A stretch of DNA of 64,000 nt, taken from assembly GCA_019058445.1 (NCBI GenBank), contig JAHPZA010000009.1, positions 518,310 to 582,309 on the forward strand, written 5' to 3'. Under the pieces are notes generated by a model, which was not told the origin of the DNA, did no database searches, and worked only from the letters and a program-made list of their open reading frames with translations. Each line of letters opens with the position of its first letter. The first letter of the stretch is position 1. Below are positions 30,847-39,997 of this stretch, piece after piece. Both the position numbers and the translations under genes were made by a program. The DNA is from Promethearchaeota archaeon (lineage in GTDB: Archaea > Asgardarchaeota > Lokiarchaeia > Sigyniarchaeales > SOKP01).

Positions 30847-32178
30847 TTAAGGCTCATTGATATGAGGTGGTCCTTTACCCATTTTAAATTTTAGTAGTTC
30901 TAACTCAAACATCAAATCTCCCTTGTGGAATTTGATTCTCCGAGCAAAGTCCCATTTGGAAAGCTCATTATTAATGATAGAAGGCTTTAAAGATATCAAG
31001 ACCGCTCCTCGATTCCCTTGACAAATGGCATATAAAAAACATTGAGAATCATTTATATTACATCGTATATTTGCTCCCCCTTTAAGCTTTACATCTATAA
31101 TTTCGGGGGGAAGGCCATCTTCTGAAGATTTAGATGTACTGTATCGTAACAATCCCATTTTGTCTATAACCTTTTTTAATAAATCGGTAGAATTAATAAG
31201 GGTCGTAAATCCAGGGATCTTAAACTGTTCAAATATTCTTTTTTTCACTTGTGATTGAATGGTACTCATTTTAATTCCTAGTCTGGTACATATTGAATTC
31301 ACGGTTACCTTTGAAGAATTAAAGGCGCATAATAATGAAATTGAACAGACTAATCCAGCGATTACGTCATCTTTTGTATTTTTAATAGCGTCCCATAATT
31401 TATAAAGAATAAATTTTGAATGGTAATAAAAATCCATTCCTAAGTTAAAGTGCTCTGAAATTTCTAAGATTTTTTGTACAATATATTGCTTTCTATTCCT
31501 TTCCTTATATTGAGGGATATAATTTTGAAATTGCAGCTTAAACCAATTAAATTCTTTTTTAGTAATCTTAGATACTTCCAATAGCTCAGCCTCATGAATA
31601 GAAATATTCTCAAATTTACATACAAAATAAATGGTTATCGGGATTAATTTATCAGGAGCTCGGTACTTAGTTCCTGGATGGAGACATGCGCGTAATTTTC
31701 TAAATTTATTTAGTACAATATACTTGAGAGAGCTGGGAAGATTTAGCATTTCGAAAATTCTTGTTACTTCGAGTTTGGCATTTAATAACACAGTGTCTTC
31801 GTTATCTCTCATAGTATGAAGTTTATTTAGCTTATCTAACTGCTTCGAATTGCTATTTCGAAATCTCTCGTACGCACTCCCGATTTGGGTAGTTCCAAGT
31901 GTGGCATGTTGCACCACATCGCTATTATAAGGTCTATGATATTCTAGCTTTTGGATCTCTAAGACCACGCCGCACGAACGACATACATAGCCTTCTGTGG
32001 TTTCTTTAATATCAACACTATTACAAATATCACACTTTAAACCCTCATAGGGTGCACTAACTTTTTTTAACATATTTTTAGATGCCTCTCTTTGAAAAGT
32101 CCTGTGGCTCATATCCGATAATTCTTTTTTTGCAGCCATTTTCTTATCACTTTTTAAGTCTTTTTTTTTAATAATCAT
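30847..32178 (-). CDS. tfb: Divergent transcription initiation factor IIB (TFB) paralog with C-terminal extension
   Basis: Zn ribbon CDIC-x14-CRSCGVVLE, shortened B-reader, linker 'L.KL..', two cyclin repeats (ITIYFVCK; VIAGLVC), terminal HTH 'VTVNSICTRLGIKMSTIQSQVK'. Confidence 0.8.
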   Translation of the reverse strand: MIIKKKDLKSDKKMAAKKELSDMSHRTFQREASKNMLKKVSAPYEGLKCDICNSVDIKETTEGYVCRSCGVVLEIQKLEYHRPYNSDVVQHATLGTTQIGSAYERFRNSNSKQLDKLNKLHTMRDNEDTVLLNAKLEVTRIFEMLNLPSSLKYIVLNKFRKLRACLHPGTKYRAPDKLIPITIYFVCKFENISIHEAELLEVSKITKKEFNWFKLQFQNYIPQYKERNRKQYIVQKILEISEHFNLGMDFYYHSKFILYKLWDAIKNTKDDVIAGLVCSISLLCAFNSSKVTVNSICTRLGIKMSTIQSQVKKRIFEQFKIPGFTTLINSTDLLKKVIDKMGLLRYSTSKSSEDGLPPEIIDVKLKGGANIRCNINDSQCFLYAICQGNRGAVLISLKPSIINNELSKWDFARRIKFHKGDLMFELELLKFKMGKGPPHINEP

Positions 32179-32203
32179 CCTATCTTAATTAATAATAGGA
32201 GGG

Positions 32204-32225
32204 AGTGTGATTTTTAAATCTCACT
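32204..32225. promoter_or_regulatory. Imperfect palindrome overlapping the putative TATA of the tfb paralog
   Basis: AGTGTGATTT-TT-AAATCTCACT (9/10 match), 26-47 nt upstream of the tfb start. Confidence 0.45.
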
Positions 32226-32642
32226 ATTGTTAAGACTATCATAGTGGAAAATTGGAATTATAACTAAATTTATGAAATTTGGCCCCAAAATCAGAATTTG
32301 TACTATTAAATCCAAGATTCATAATAAATCTAATTAATATAGGAGAGCTAGATGTGTAGTTTTTTGTGAGAAAATAGCAACTTACAACAAATAATATGCA
32401 ATACCCAAAATTATCTTTAATAAAAGAAGCCATCAACTTCATTTAAGAAAAAATCCATTCGGCTCTTGCTTAGGGTTTGAATTAAGGTAATATCTTTGAG
32501 TTTGCAAAACAGAGGACATCAATATATCCAAAATAAATAAGAAATATTAGTGAAAAATACAATCTTTCGACAAAAACCAGATTAAATTAATCGCTCTTTT
32601 TCATCACTATATAAAGCATAAATTTAGGAAAGAGTATAATTA

Positions 32643-32656
32643 TTTTTCTTTAAATA
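32643..32656 (+). promoter_or_regulatory. Island promoter motif TTTTTCTTTAAATA
   Basis: About 21 nt upstream of ATG 32678, consistent with a leaderless transcript. Confidence 0.55.
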
Positions 32657-32677
32657 TATTTGTAGGATCTGTTTATT

Positions 32678-33088
32678 ATGATGACATGTCAAAAAATTTC
32701 AATTCAAGCATTAAATACTACGTTGAAATGTACGATTTGTAGAACCGACATTAAAGATAACTCATCAGTATACCAATCTAAAAACAATTATGGGATCATA
32801 TGCGGAAGGTGTTATCAAAAATTTACGGAAGAAGATATTGAACTTATGTTGATCCTTTTTCTGACATATGGAGGATACTTCGGACAGCTACCTAAAGATC
32901 AATTCTCTTTTTTTAAGACTCTTAAGGAAATTCATAATAAGACGAGTATAAATGATAATTCCTCCCAAATAGTAGAGATAAATATGCGATTATTACATAA
33001 GTCATTACTTCATGGCCTATATCCTGAGCAATATCAAGCAAAACTCAGGAAACTCATTAATTCACCAGGGTGTAGCTACGTTTTATAA
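32678..33088 (+). CDS. Zn-finger (CxxC...CxxC) protein
   Basis: CTIC...ICGRC treble-clef-like motif followed by a helical domain. Confidence 0.6.
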   Translation: MMTCQKISIQALNTTLKCTICRTDIKDNSSVYQSKNNYGIICGRCYQKFTEEDIELMLILFLTYGGYFGQLPKDQFSFFKTLKEIHNKTSINDNSSQIVEINMRLLHKSLLHGLYPEQYQAKLRKLINSPGCSYVL

Positions 33089-33183
33089 TTTATTTTTTCT
33101 TACCTGAAGAGATTTTGTGTTCATTTTTACTCAATTTCTCTTCTTTTTCTTTATTTTTCATTTTTATAAGATGTTTAAAAGGA

Positions 33184-33199
33184 TTTTTTTATTTATATA
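33184..33199 (+). promoter_or_regulatory. Island promoter motif TTTTTTTATTTATATA
   Basis: About 21 nt upstream of ATG 33221. Confidence 0.55.
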
Positions 33200-33220
33200 T
33201 AACGATATAAGAGAAACAAT

Positions 33221-33442
33221 ATGGTATTATTAAGTAGTTTTAGCGATATTTCTGAGGGAATAGAATTTCTCATCGCAGTTGGATCTATTGTAGGATTGCT
33301 TGGATTCATATTAGGGTTAATCTTTTTCTTACTTGGTGGTTCAAGATTGCGAATGAAAATGTTAGCAGTGATATTGACCTCATTAATCCTTATGAATATA
33401 TGTGGAGTGTACACGGGTACCAAATATTTTCGCTTATATTAG
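33221..33442 (+). CDS. Small two-TM protein, VirB2/TrbC/CedA1-like pilin candidate
   Basis: 73 aa: amphipathic N-terminal helix, TM1 (FLIAVGSIVGLLGFILGLIFFLLGG), short basic loop (SRLRMK), TM2. Confidence 0.55.
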   Translation: MVLLSSFSDISEGIEFLIAVGSIVGLLGFILGLIFFLLGGSRLRMKMLAVILTSLILMNICGVYTGTKYFRLY

Positions 33443-33493
33443 TTTCTTTTTTTCAAAGCTTCTATAGATGATATTGATTTCTTAAAAAGTGTG

Positions 33494-33859
33494 TTAATGA
33501 TATCCTTTTGGAGCAGGATCTGTCGTTCCTACACTGCCTGGCATAAGGAATATTCCTCCAAATGAAAGCAAAACACCTCCCAAGATCATAAAAATCAAAG
33601 CTTTTCCAGGATTCAGGTTAAAAAATGAGAGAACTCCAAGGAGTATAAAGATGAGCCCAACAAAGACTAAGATATTTCCAATCGAATTAAAAATGAATCT
33701 TAATATGGTTCCAATTTCATATCGGAGATTACTCCCAAAAATAGGAAAATAGATTGCCAAGAAAAATATAATCCCAAAAAACACCCAATATACATACTTT
33801 ATCTGATCTTGTTTTTTTCCAAAAAATATGGTATTATCTATAAAAGGTATTGTTATCAC
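33494..33859 (-). CDS. Small three-TM membrane protein
   Basis: 121 aa with three hydrophobic helices. The last two resemble a pilin-like hairpin. Island motif at 33886-33901. Confidence 0.6.
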   Translation of the reverse strand: MITIPFIDNTIFFGKKQDQIKYVYWVFFGIIFFLAIYFPIFGSNLRYEIGTILRFIFNSIGNILVFVGLIFILLGVLSFFNLNPGKALIFMILGGVLLSFGGIFLMPGSVGTTDPAPKGYH

Positions 33860-33885
33860 CTTTTACTCCGAAACTAGTACGAATC

Positions 33886-33901
33886 TTTATAAATAAAAAA
33901 A
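33886..33901 (-). promoter_or_regulatory. Island promoter motif TTTTTTTATTTATAAA
   Basis: About 26 nt upstream of GTG 33859. Confidence 0.5.
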
Positions 33902-34011
33902 GAAAGAAAATTTTTTCGCTACCATTTTTTACAGCTAATCCCTTTATTATTAACCACATGTTTAATTAATTTGAAAAATTATGTACACAAAAACCGATCT
34001 AATCTTTAGTA

Positions 34012-34293
34012 ATGAGTGAAGAATATCGCTGCCCAGATCCAGAGTGCAACAGTACTAATGTAAAAATCGAAAAAGAGACTTTTCGCTGCTTAGAGTGCGG
34101 TATCATAGGCTCAAAAACCCACCACTGTCCCCGATGTAAGAGAAAATATTTAATGGATTTTGATACCATAGTGGAATGCCCGATATGCAGATTGGAATTT
34201 GAAAAAGCAGATTTTGAAATATTTAGCGACGATGATGATATTTTATCGCTCCAAAAAAAACAAGAGATTAACAAGGTATTGCGAGAACCCTAG
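34012..34293 (+). CDS. Small multi-Zn-ribbon protein
   Basis: CPDPEC, CLEC, CPRC, CPIC: four Cys pairs in 93 aa. Confidence 0.7.
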   Translation: MSEEYRCPDPECNSTNVKIEKETFRCLECGIIGSKTHHCPRCKRKYLMDFDTIVECPICRLEFEKADFEIFSDDDDILSLQKKQEINKVLREP

Positions 34294-34430
34294 GTTTATG
34301 CTTTCGAGTTTCTTTTTCATAATCAAGTTTCTTTATTTTAACGATAATCATTAAAACGTTTTCCTATAACTATTGAAGTGATCCCCTGCGATTATAATAT
34401 AAGAATAAAAATATAAACCTAAAAAAGTAT

Positions 34431-37400
34431 TTACTCCAGTGTTAGAGAGGATTTAATTTTTACACCACACCCCGGACAATATAAGGAGTCCGATTCAATC
34501 TTAACCCCGCAATATTCACATGTTTTTGTAGCATTAATTTCTAAGTGTTTTTTTAGTTTATGATAAAAGTCAGAGTATAGTTCATACGCACTAACTACTT
34601 TTGCTTCTAGATCTAAATCGTGTTCTTGAACATTATCACAATAATTTAGGTAATAATACAGTTGCTTTTGAGAAAAGGGAAGTTTCTGATATGAAATAAG
34701 TAGATTATAAAATAAATTAAAATCATTTTGAGTAATTCCTTTTTTTGGACCAGAGTTTATCTGATGATAAACTCTCATAAAAAGTGATTTAATGCAGACT
34801 TTTTCAATTTTGAGTGCAGCCCGTAAATCTTTTTCGGTGATATGTTTGTAAATTTGAAATATCTCATAATAAAAAGTCTTTAGTTCTTTGACTAATATTT
34901 TATGAACAAGATCATTTTCAAAAATGCGAATAGATGTAATATCCTTAGTTCGGTTCTTATTTTGGAAGGGTTGTTCAGAATTTTGCTCAATAACTTCCAC
35001 TGAGATGTCAGTTGTCTGTTCCTTTTTTGTTTGGAAATAATCATCAAGCGCAATTTCATAATGTTCTCCTACTTGATAAGAAGTTCGCATGGTTTCTTGC
35101 CCCGATGCACTTTTAGGATGGGCCTCTACTAAATATCTTTGTGTAATGAGGATATTATAGAGTTCTTGTTTCAACTTTTTCAATTCTCGTCTATCATCAG
35201 TAGTCATTTTTGCCTTTTCATGAATCACTTTTTTTAGGGCATCCTTGATCTTTCTCTCAGAAATGGGAAGTTTATGCACAACTTTTAATCCATCTAAAAA
35301 AGTAATGATCTCAGGGATAAATTGCGAAAATTTTCCGAAATCTTTTTCGAATATAGTCTTCCTGGTGCGTTCTATAATGCGCCTTTCAGTCAATTGGAGA
35401 TCATATCCTTGTTCTCTCATGAACGCTGCAATCTCGTCCATAGACAATGGTAGCACTCTTAATATATCAGCTACTTCAAATTTTACTGGAAATGTTTGAT
35501 TTACATCATCCCTCTTTACTAAAATTTCAGTTGATTTCATATTCTTAAGGTATTCTACTTGATAGGTATCCTTGCGAGATTTACTATAATACCCGGTTCC
35601 ATGCAGTTCTTGAAGACCCATGATGTTTTTTAACACATTAATATCACGATAATCAGTGGCTCGAAACGTCATGATGTTTTTAAATAGTTTTAAGAAATGA
35701 GGATGCATATAATGCATTTGATTAGCCATTATCACCGTTCCAAATCCCTCACGTCGTAGCGGTTCGAAAAATTTATCGATGCTCCCTAAATCTAGATATT
35801 TATCTAATGACCTTTCATCAAACACCAAATCAAGGTGCGGCAAAAACAGCACTTTTTCGCAAAATTCATCATATTTGGAGATATAATGGATGATTTTGGA
35901 TACAATGACTAAGGTTAAGAAATTCTTTTTTTTCAAGTCGTTTGAATTAGACAAGTCAATAATGACAGTTTTGTTATCTGAGATAAAAGATTTAAAGGTG
36001 ATCGTTTGCTTTTCTCCCTCTAGGTTACTATGAAAAAAGATTACTTCATCTTCTGTGAAATCCTCGAACATAGAGATGAGCTCCTCGACATGAGGATATT
36101 TCTTCCATGACACTTGATTCTTGAGCTCTAAAGCTAATGAAGCCAAAGTTAAATCACTATGTTCTTGGATAAATTTCTTCAGCCTGTCAACGGAAGATCT
36201 ATCTTTTTTAAAAGTGAGCCTATATGCGTCATATATATACTCTAAATAATCGGTATTGTTCTTTCCATATAATAAATCTGAGCTTAAGGGATCTATACTA
36301 AAAGCATTACCCATTTTAAAATGAACAATATCAAATTTGTAATTAGCATCTTTAAAAAAGGGAATTAACCTGGACCATTGCCCGCTATAATCAAATATAA
36401 GAGAAGGAACTCCTTGCTTGATTAACTGAATTACTATTTTCATAGCCAATAAATCCCTTTCCTGAGCAGTGCCATTGACAAGCAATACATTATCTATTTG
36501 ATCTCTGGTAAGTCCCGCAGGAATCTCTTTCTGCCAGAACTCGGTATTAATAGTGTGACCAAATGCTATAAAATTTTCAAGGTTTAACGGTGTATTAAAT
36601 TCGGCGGCTAGTTTAGTTATGATTCCTTTTTTAAACTCATCTTCAATCCCGGTAAGCCGCATTAACACCTTACCTTGAAGTAAGAGATATTGCAAATAAG
36701 TGCCTGAAAGGTTGTACAATTTATTCTTTAAAATTTCGCAGAGACATCCTGAAATAAGTTTCTGTGAGCTCAGAGGAGTAGTGTAAAACTCATCCAGCCG
36801 GGCGGTAAGCCTATCTTCTAAAAATGTGATATTTTTCTGAGCAATACTTGCCAAGCTAATATAATCATGTTCTGTAATAAAATCTATTTCTTCAAATGAT
36901 TTGTAGGCATATGTGGAAGCAGTTAAGATTACTTGCCACACCCCCGAACGAATTTTAAGCCAACGTTCCCCTTCTTCATTACTGGTAAGATAAAATTTAA
37001 GCATGTCTTGTGTATGGGTGTTTAATTTATGATATGCGATTTTATCAAAGCGATAAAAACTAAGGGGGCTGGCCATTGCAGTGTAGACAAAAGGAATTTT
37101 TCTCTCAATTAATTCTAAATAAAATTTATTGGGGTAAAAATCGACAATCCTAACCATATCTTCATTATATCGAAATCTTACTGCTGCATGATGAATATTA
37201 ACCATTTTTTCGCATACCAGCAACTTATTATGGATGAGAAAAAAGAGCGCATCTAAGATTCCCTTATGTTGAAATACTTGTATACCTTGAAAGGGATTAA
37301 GGATAGAGACACCTTCTCTTTTTAATAGATGATATGCTGATAAATAATAAAGCGGCTCTCTCCACCACACCCAAAAGATAAGAAATAACAAGCACAAGTC

Positions 37401-38375
37401 TAGTAGCGCAATAATCCAAAAGGTAATGTTTAATAACCATAAGAATGTTGAGATTGTGATAAGTACAAAAATGCAAAAAGCCACTTTCATAATATAGGAA
37501 CTTATACTAATGCTTGGTTTTAAGACTTCCATCTGTTTTGGAACGGAATAGGGAATGTCGCGTATAACAAATGACCTGAGCGCATGAATTAATTGATTTC
37601 TAGATAATAATTGCATGTGATAATGATGAAAGTCACCTACAAAATCAGCGCGCATTGAATCAAGAAACCGCTCAAATAATTCTTGGAGGATTGTAAATTT
37701 TCGAGAGGTAAGTATTCCCGAGATATCATAATAGGTTGCAAAATAAATGGCCGTTTGAAAAGATTTCATTGTTCCATTATGCTCTTGAGACAAATATTCT
37801 TTAAAATTTCCAGAGGAATTACTTGAAATAAGAGGCTGTTGATGGATCTGAAATGTATAGGGCATAGCATGTTTATTGAGCACTTTTATGTATTGATTTA
37901 AAGTAGCTTTTGTTGTTTCAGGGAGAGCACCAACTTTAAAAATGCTGAGAGCCACTGTCTTTAACTGCTCTTTATTAGTAATATATAGCACATTAGCAGC
38001 AGCATCTGCAAAAAAAAAAGTAAAATCCGTAAACAAATTCACTTTTCGATTTTTATTAAACAGTGAAGAAACTCCCATTCTCAAGCCGAATATGGTGTCT
38101 GAAAAAACAATCACAAATAAAATTACGGTAATAATTCCCACTAACAGCCCTATTAAAAGATGAGAGCCAGTAAGATATAAAGCGACAATAAAAAATACAG
38201 CAATGATGATAACTGAAAGTCCTTTTATGCTCGCATAGATTGTATTTATATCTGTAAATGATGGATTACTGTCCCATATATCTAAATAATTGCGTTTACG
38301 AGGCTGTTGTTCAGCCGTCCCTTGTGGCTTGTTGGCAAGAAAATGATCCGAATTGAGGGATTTACTTTTACTCAC
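34431..38375 (-). CDS. Membrane-anchored HerA/VirB4/FtsK-superfamily protein with degenerate Walker A/B and C-terminal Zn ribbon
   Basis: Two N-terminal modules, each with 2 TM plus an alpha/beta domain. HerA-like core 'NVLLVNGTAQERDLL...GVPSLIFDYSGQW', 'TVIIDLS', 'LRREGFGTVIMANQ'. C-terminal CEYC..CPGC. Confidence 0.7.
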   Translation of the reverse strand: MSKSKSLNSDHFLANKPQGTAEQQPRKRNYLDIWDSNPSFTDINTIYASIKGLSVIIIAVFFIVALYLTGSHLLIGLLVGIITVILFVIVFSDTIFGLRMGVSSLFNKNRKVNLFTDFTFFFADAAANVLYITNKEQLKTVALSIFKVGALPETTKATLNQYIKVLNKHAMPYTFQIHQQPLISSNSSGNFKEYLSQEHNGTMKSFQTAIYFATYYDISGILTSRKFTILQELFERFLDSMRADFVGDFHHYHMQLLSRNQLIHALRSFVIRDIPYSVPKQMEVLKPSISISSYIMKVAFCIFVLITISTFLWLLNITFWIIALLDLCLLFLIFWVWWREPLYYLSAYHLLKREGVSILNPFQGIQVFQHKGILDALFFLIHNKLLVCEKMVNIHHAAVRFRYNEDMVRIVDFYPNKFYLELIERKIPFVYTAMASPLSFYRFDKIAYHKLNTHTQDMLKFYLTSNEEGERWLKIRSGVWQVILTASTYAYKSFEEIDFITEHDYISLASIAQKNITFLEDRLTARLDEFYTTPLSSQKLISGCLCEILKNKLYNLSGTYLQYLLLQGKVLMRLTGIEDEFKKGIITKLAAEFNTPLNLENFIAFGHTINTEFWQKEIPAGLTRDQIDNVLLVNGTAQERDLLAMKIVIQLIKQGVPSLIFDYSGQWSRLIPFFKDANYKFDIVHFKMGNAFSIDPLSSDLLYGKNNTDYLEYIYDAYRLTFKKDRSSVDRLKKFIQEHSDLTLASLALELKNQVSWKKYPHVEELISMFEDFTEDEVIFFHSNLEGEKQTITFKSFISDNKTVIIDLSNSNDLKKKNFLTLVIVSKIIHYISKYDEFCEKVLFLPHLDLVFDERSLDKYLDLGSIDKFFEPLRREGFGTVIMANQMHYMHPHFLKLFKNIMTFRATDYRDINVLKNIMGLQELHGTGYYSKSRKDTYQVEYLKNMKSTEILVKRDDVNQTFPVKFEVADILRVLPLSMDEIAAFMREQGYDLQLTERRIIERTRKTIFEKDFGKFSQFIPEIITFLDGLKVVHKLPISERKIKDALKKVIHEKAKMTTDDRRELKKLKQELYNILITQRYLVEAHPKSASGQETMRTSYQVGEHYEIALDDYFQTKKEQTTDISVEVIEQNSEQPFQNKNRTKDITSIRIFENDLVHKILVKELKTFYYEIFQIYKHITEKDLRAALKIEKVCIKSLFMRVYHQINSGPKKGITQNDFNLFYNLLISYQKLPFSQKQLYYYLNYCDNVQEHDLDLEAKVVSAYELYSDFYHKLKKHLEINATKTCEYCGVKIESDSLYCPGCGVKIKSSLTLE

Positions 38376-39247
38376 TGAGACACCACTACCGCTTTTTTCG
38401 AGTATTGTCTATAGAGCAGAAAAAAGAAAGATCCTGTTCCAAAAAATAATAAAGTAAAGAGGCTCATTTGTGCGGTGAGTTGGGGATGATAGATAGTTTG
38501 AATTGCCACTATAACTCCAAGCATTAAAAACAGTAGAAGTAGTCCAAAAATTAAATATCCAAAAATATTGGGTATGGAACACTGATATATAAGATTATCT
38601 TTAAGCTTTCCTCGAAGCATAATTTTTCCGCCATCATACTGCTGCATGGCATGCTTCGCATTTTTAAATGCAATCATTTTTTCGAACTTCTCTCTGTCGT
38701 ACTCCTCATTAAGCTCTTTTTGCAGCTGCCCTTCTTGCTCTTGAAATCCATGCATTATTACCTCTTTTAATTTCTGATGGTTAAGTTTTCTTTTAGAGTG
38801 AACAGTATTCCCCGAAAAAAATGAAAATGCTCTCATTTCGCTATTTTGAGCAATCACTTCCAGATCTAACTTTTCAAATAAATTTGGAATTTCTAATGTT
38901 CTAAATTCATAAAAAAACTCATATATTTGAGAAATTAATTCTAAAGGAATATTTCCTCTGTTTTTACTAAATAAAAGTTCAGTTGTTTTAATTGATTGAA
39001 TGGCATCTTCTTGAAATAAATAGATTTTAAAATTATGATGTAAAATCGAATTGACTAAATGCATATACTGAAAAATCGTCTCGTTTCCTTCTTTATTTCT
39101 TGGACGAATCCCTAATTTCACTCCAATTTCATCTAATACATTTCCAACCAAAAGCAACCCAACAGTTGCTAATTTTCGGTAGTTATGTGTCTGCTTGCAC
39201 ACTCTAATAAGGCTTTTTAATTTGATATCAATCAGTTCATAGTTCAT
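38372..39247 (-). CDS. Soluble helical domain plus two C-terminal TM helices
   Basis: 291 aa; 4-nt overlaps with both neighbours (translational coupling). Confidence 0.65.
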   Translation of the reverse strand: MNYELIDIKLKSLIRVCKQTHNYRKLATVGLLLVGNVLDEIGVKLGIRPRNKEGNETIFQYMHLVNSILHHNFKIYLFQEDAIQSIKTTELLFSKNRGNIPLELISQIYEFFYEFRTLEIPNLFEKLDLEVIAQNSEMRAFSFFSGNTVHSKRKLNHQKLKEVIMHGFQEQEGQLQKELNEEYDREKFEKMIAFKNAKHAMQQYDGGKIMLRGKLKDNLIYQCSIPNIFGYLIFGLLLLFLMLGVIVAIQTIYHPQLTAQMSLFTLLFFGTGSFFFLLYRQYSKKAVVVSQ

Positions 39248-39990
39248 ATTCTTTGCCTCCTTTTTGTTAATTGTTGAGGATATTCCTCCAGCTCTTCAAG
39301 GTAATCCAAAGACTCATCATTAAATTTCAATTTTAATTGCTCTCTGGCAATTAATGTATCCATATCAATTGGTTCTTGGACATCGTTAATATATTGCGAA
39401 ACCTTCTTTTTAGCGGAATATTCTTGAGAACGGAATCCTGTGACAGTATAATAATAAAATATCGCGTAAGGAAATACGAAAATAAAGCTTAATAATTGAG
39501 CGAAATATCCAGGACCTATTGAATAGTGATATATCAGTTCTGTATCTTTATCTTTCACAAGTAAAAAAGGGAAATAGAGATCATTAGGAAGTAAATAGAA
39601 GACGGGAAATGCGAAAATATAAAACAGCATAAGTATAAGCAGAAACATATTTGCATACGCATGGAATGTTAATTTTTCAAGCGGATCGTATTGTTCCACA
39701 TCTCGAAAGATGACGGTATAAGCTGATACAACCAGTATTATAATATATAGTATTGTTAATGCGATAGGAATCTGAAATGTTTTCGGTTTAAGAGTATAAT
39801 TGAACGTTGAATTCTCAGAAAATAATGTCGTCCATCCTGTAACAGGATTATAGCTCCAATACGATTTTAAGCTGTTGTGAGAGTCATATACTTGATATAT
39901 ATACCACTCTAAAAAAAATGACACAAATGCAAAAAGTAGCCCCAATACATACATTATCCGAAAATACTGACGAGTTTTAGCTGTTATCAT
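39244..39990 (-). CDS. Four-TM membrane protein
   Basis: TM1 'LGLLFAFVSFFLEWY', beta-rich loops, 'SIGPGYF' before TM4 (claudin-like topology). In an operon with the ATPase-like gene. Confidence 0.65.
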   Translation of the reverse strand: MITAKTRQYFRIMYVLGLLFAFVSFFLEWYIYQVYDSHNSLKSYWSYNPVTGWTTLFSENSTFNYTLKPKTFQIPIALTILYIIILVVSAYTVIFRDVEQYDPLEKLTFHAYANMFLLILMLFYIFAFPVFYLLPNDLYFPFLLVKDKDTELIYHYSIGPGYFAQLLSFIFVFPYAIFYYYTVTGFRSQEYSAKKKVSQYINDVQEPIDMDTLIAREQLKLKFNDESLDYLEELEEYPQQLTKRRQRI

Positions 39991-39997
39991 TTCCCAA

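Noticed and set aside
32239-32442. 67-aa ORF upstream of the tfb paralog
   Set aside because: No motif or SD, and it lies in an AT-rich regulatory gap. It cannot be supported as a gene.
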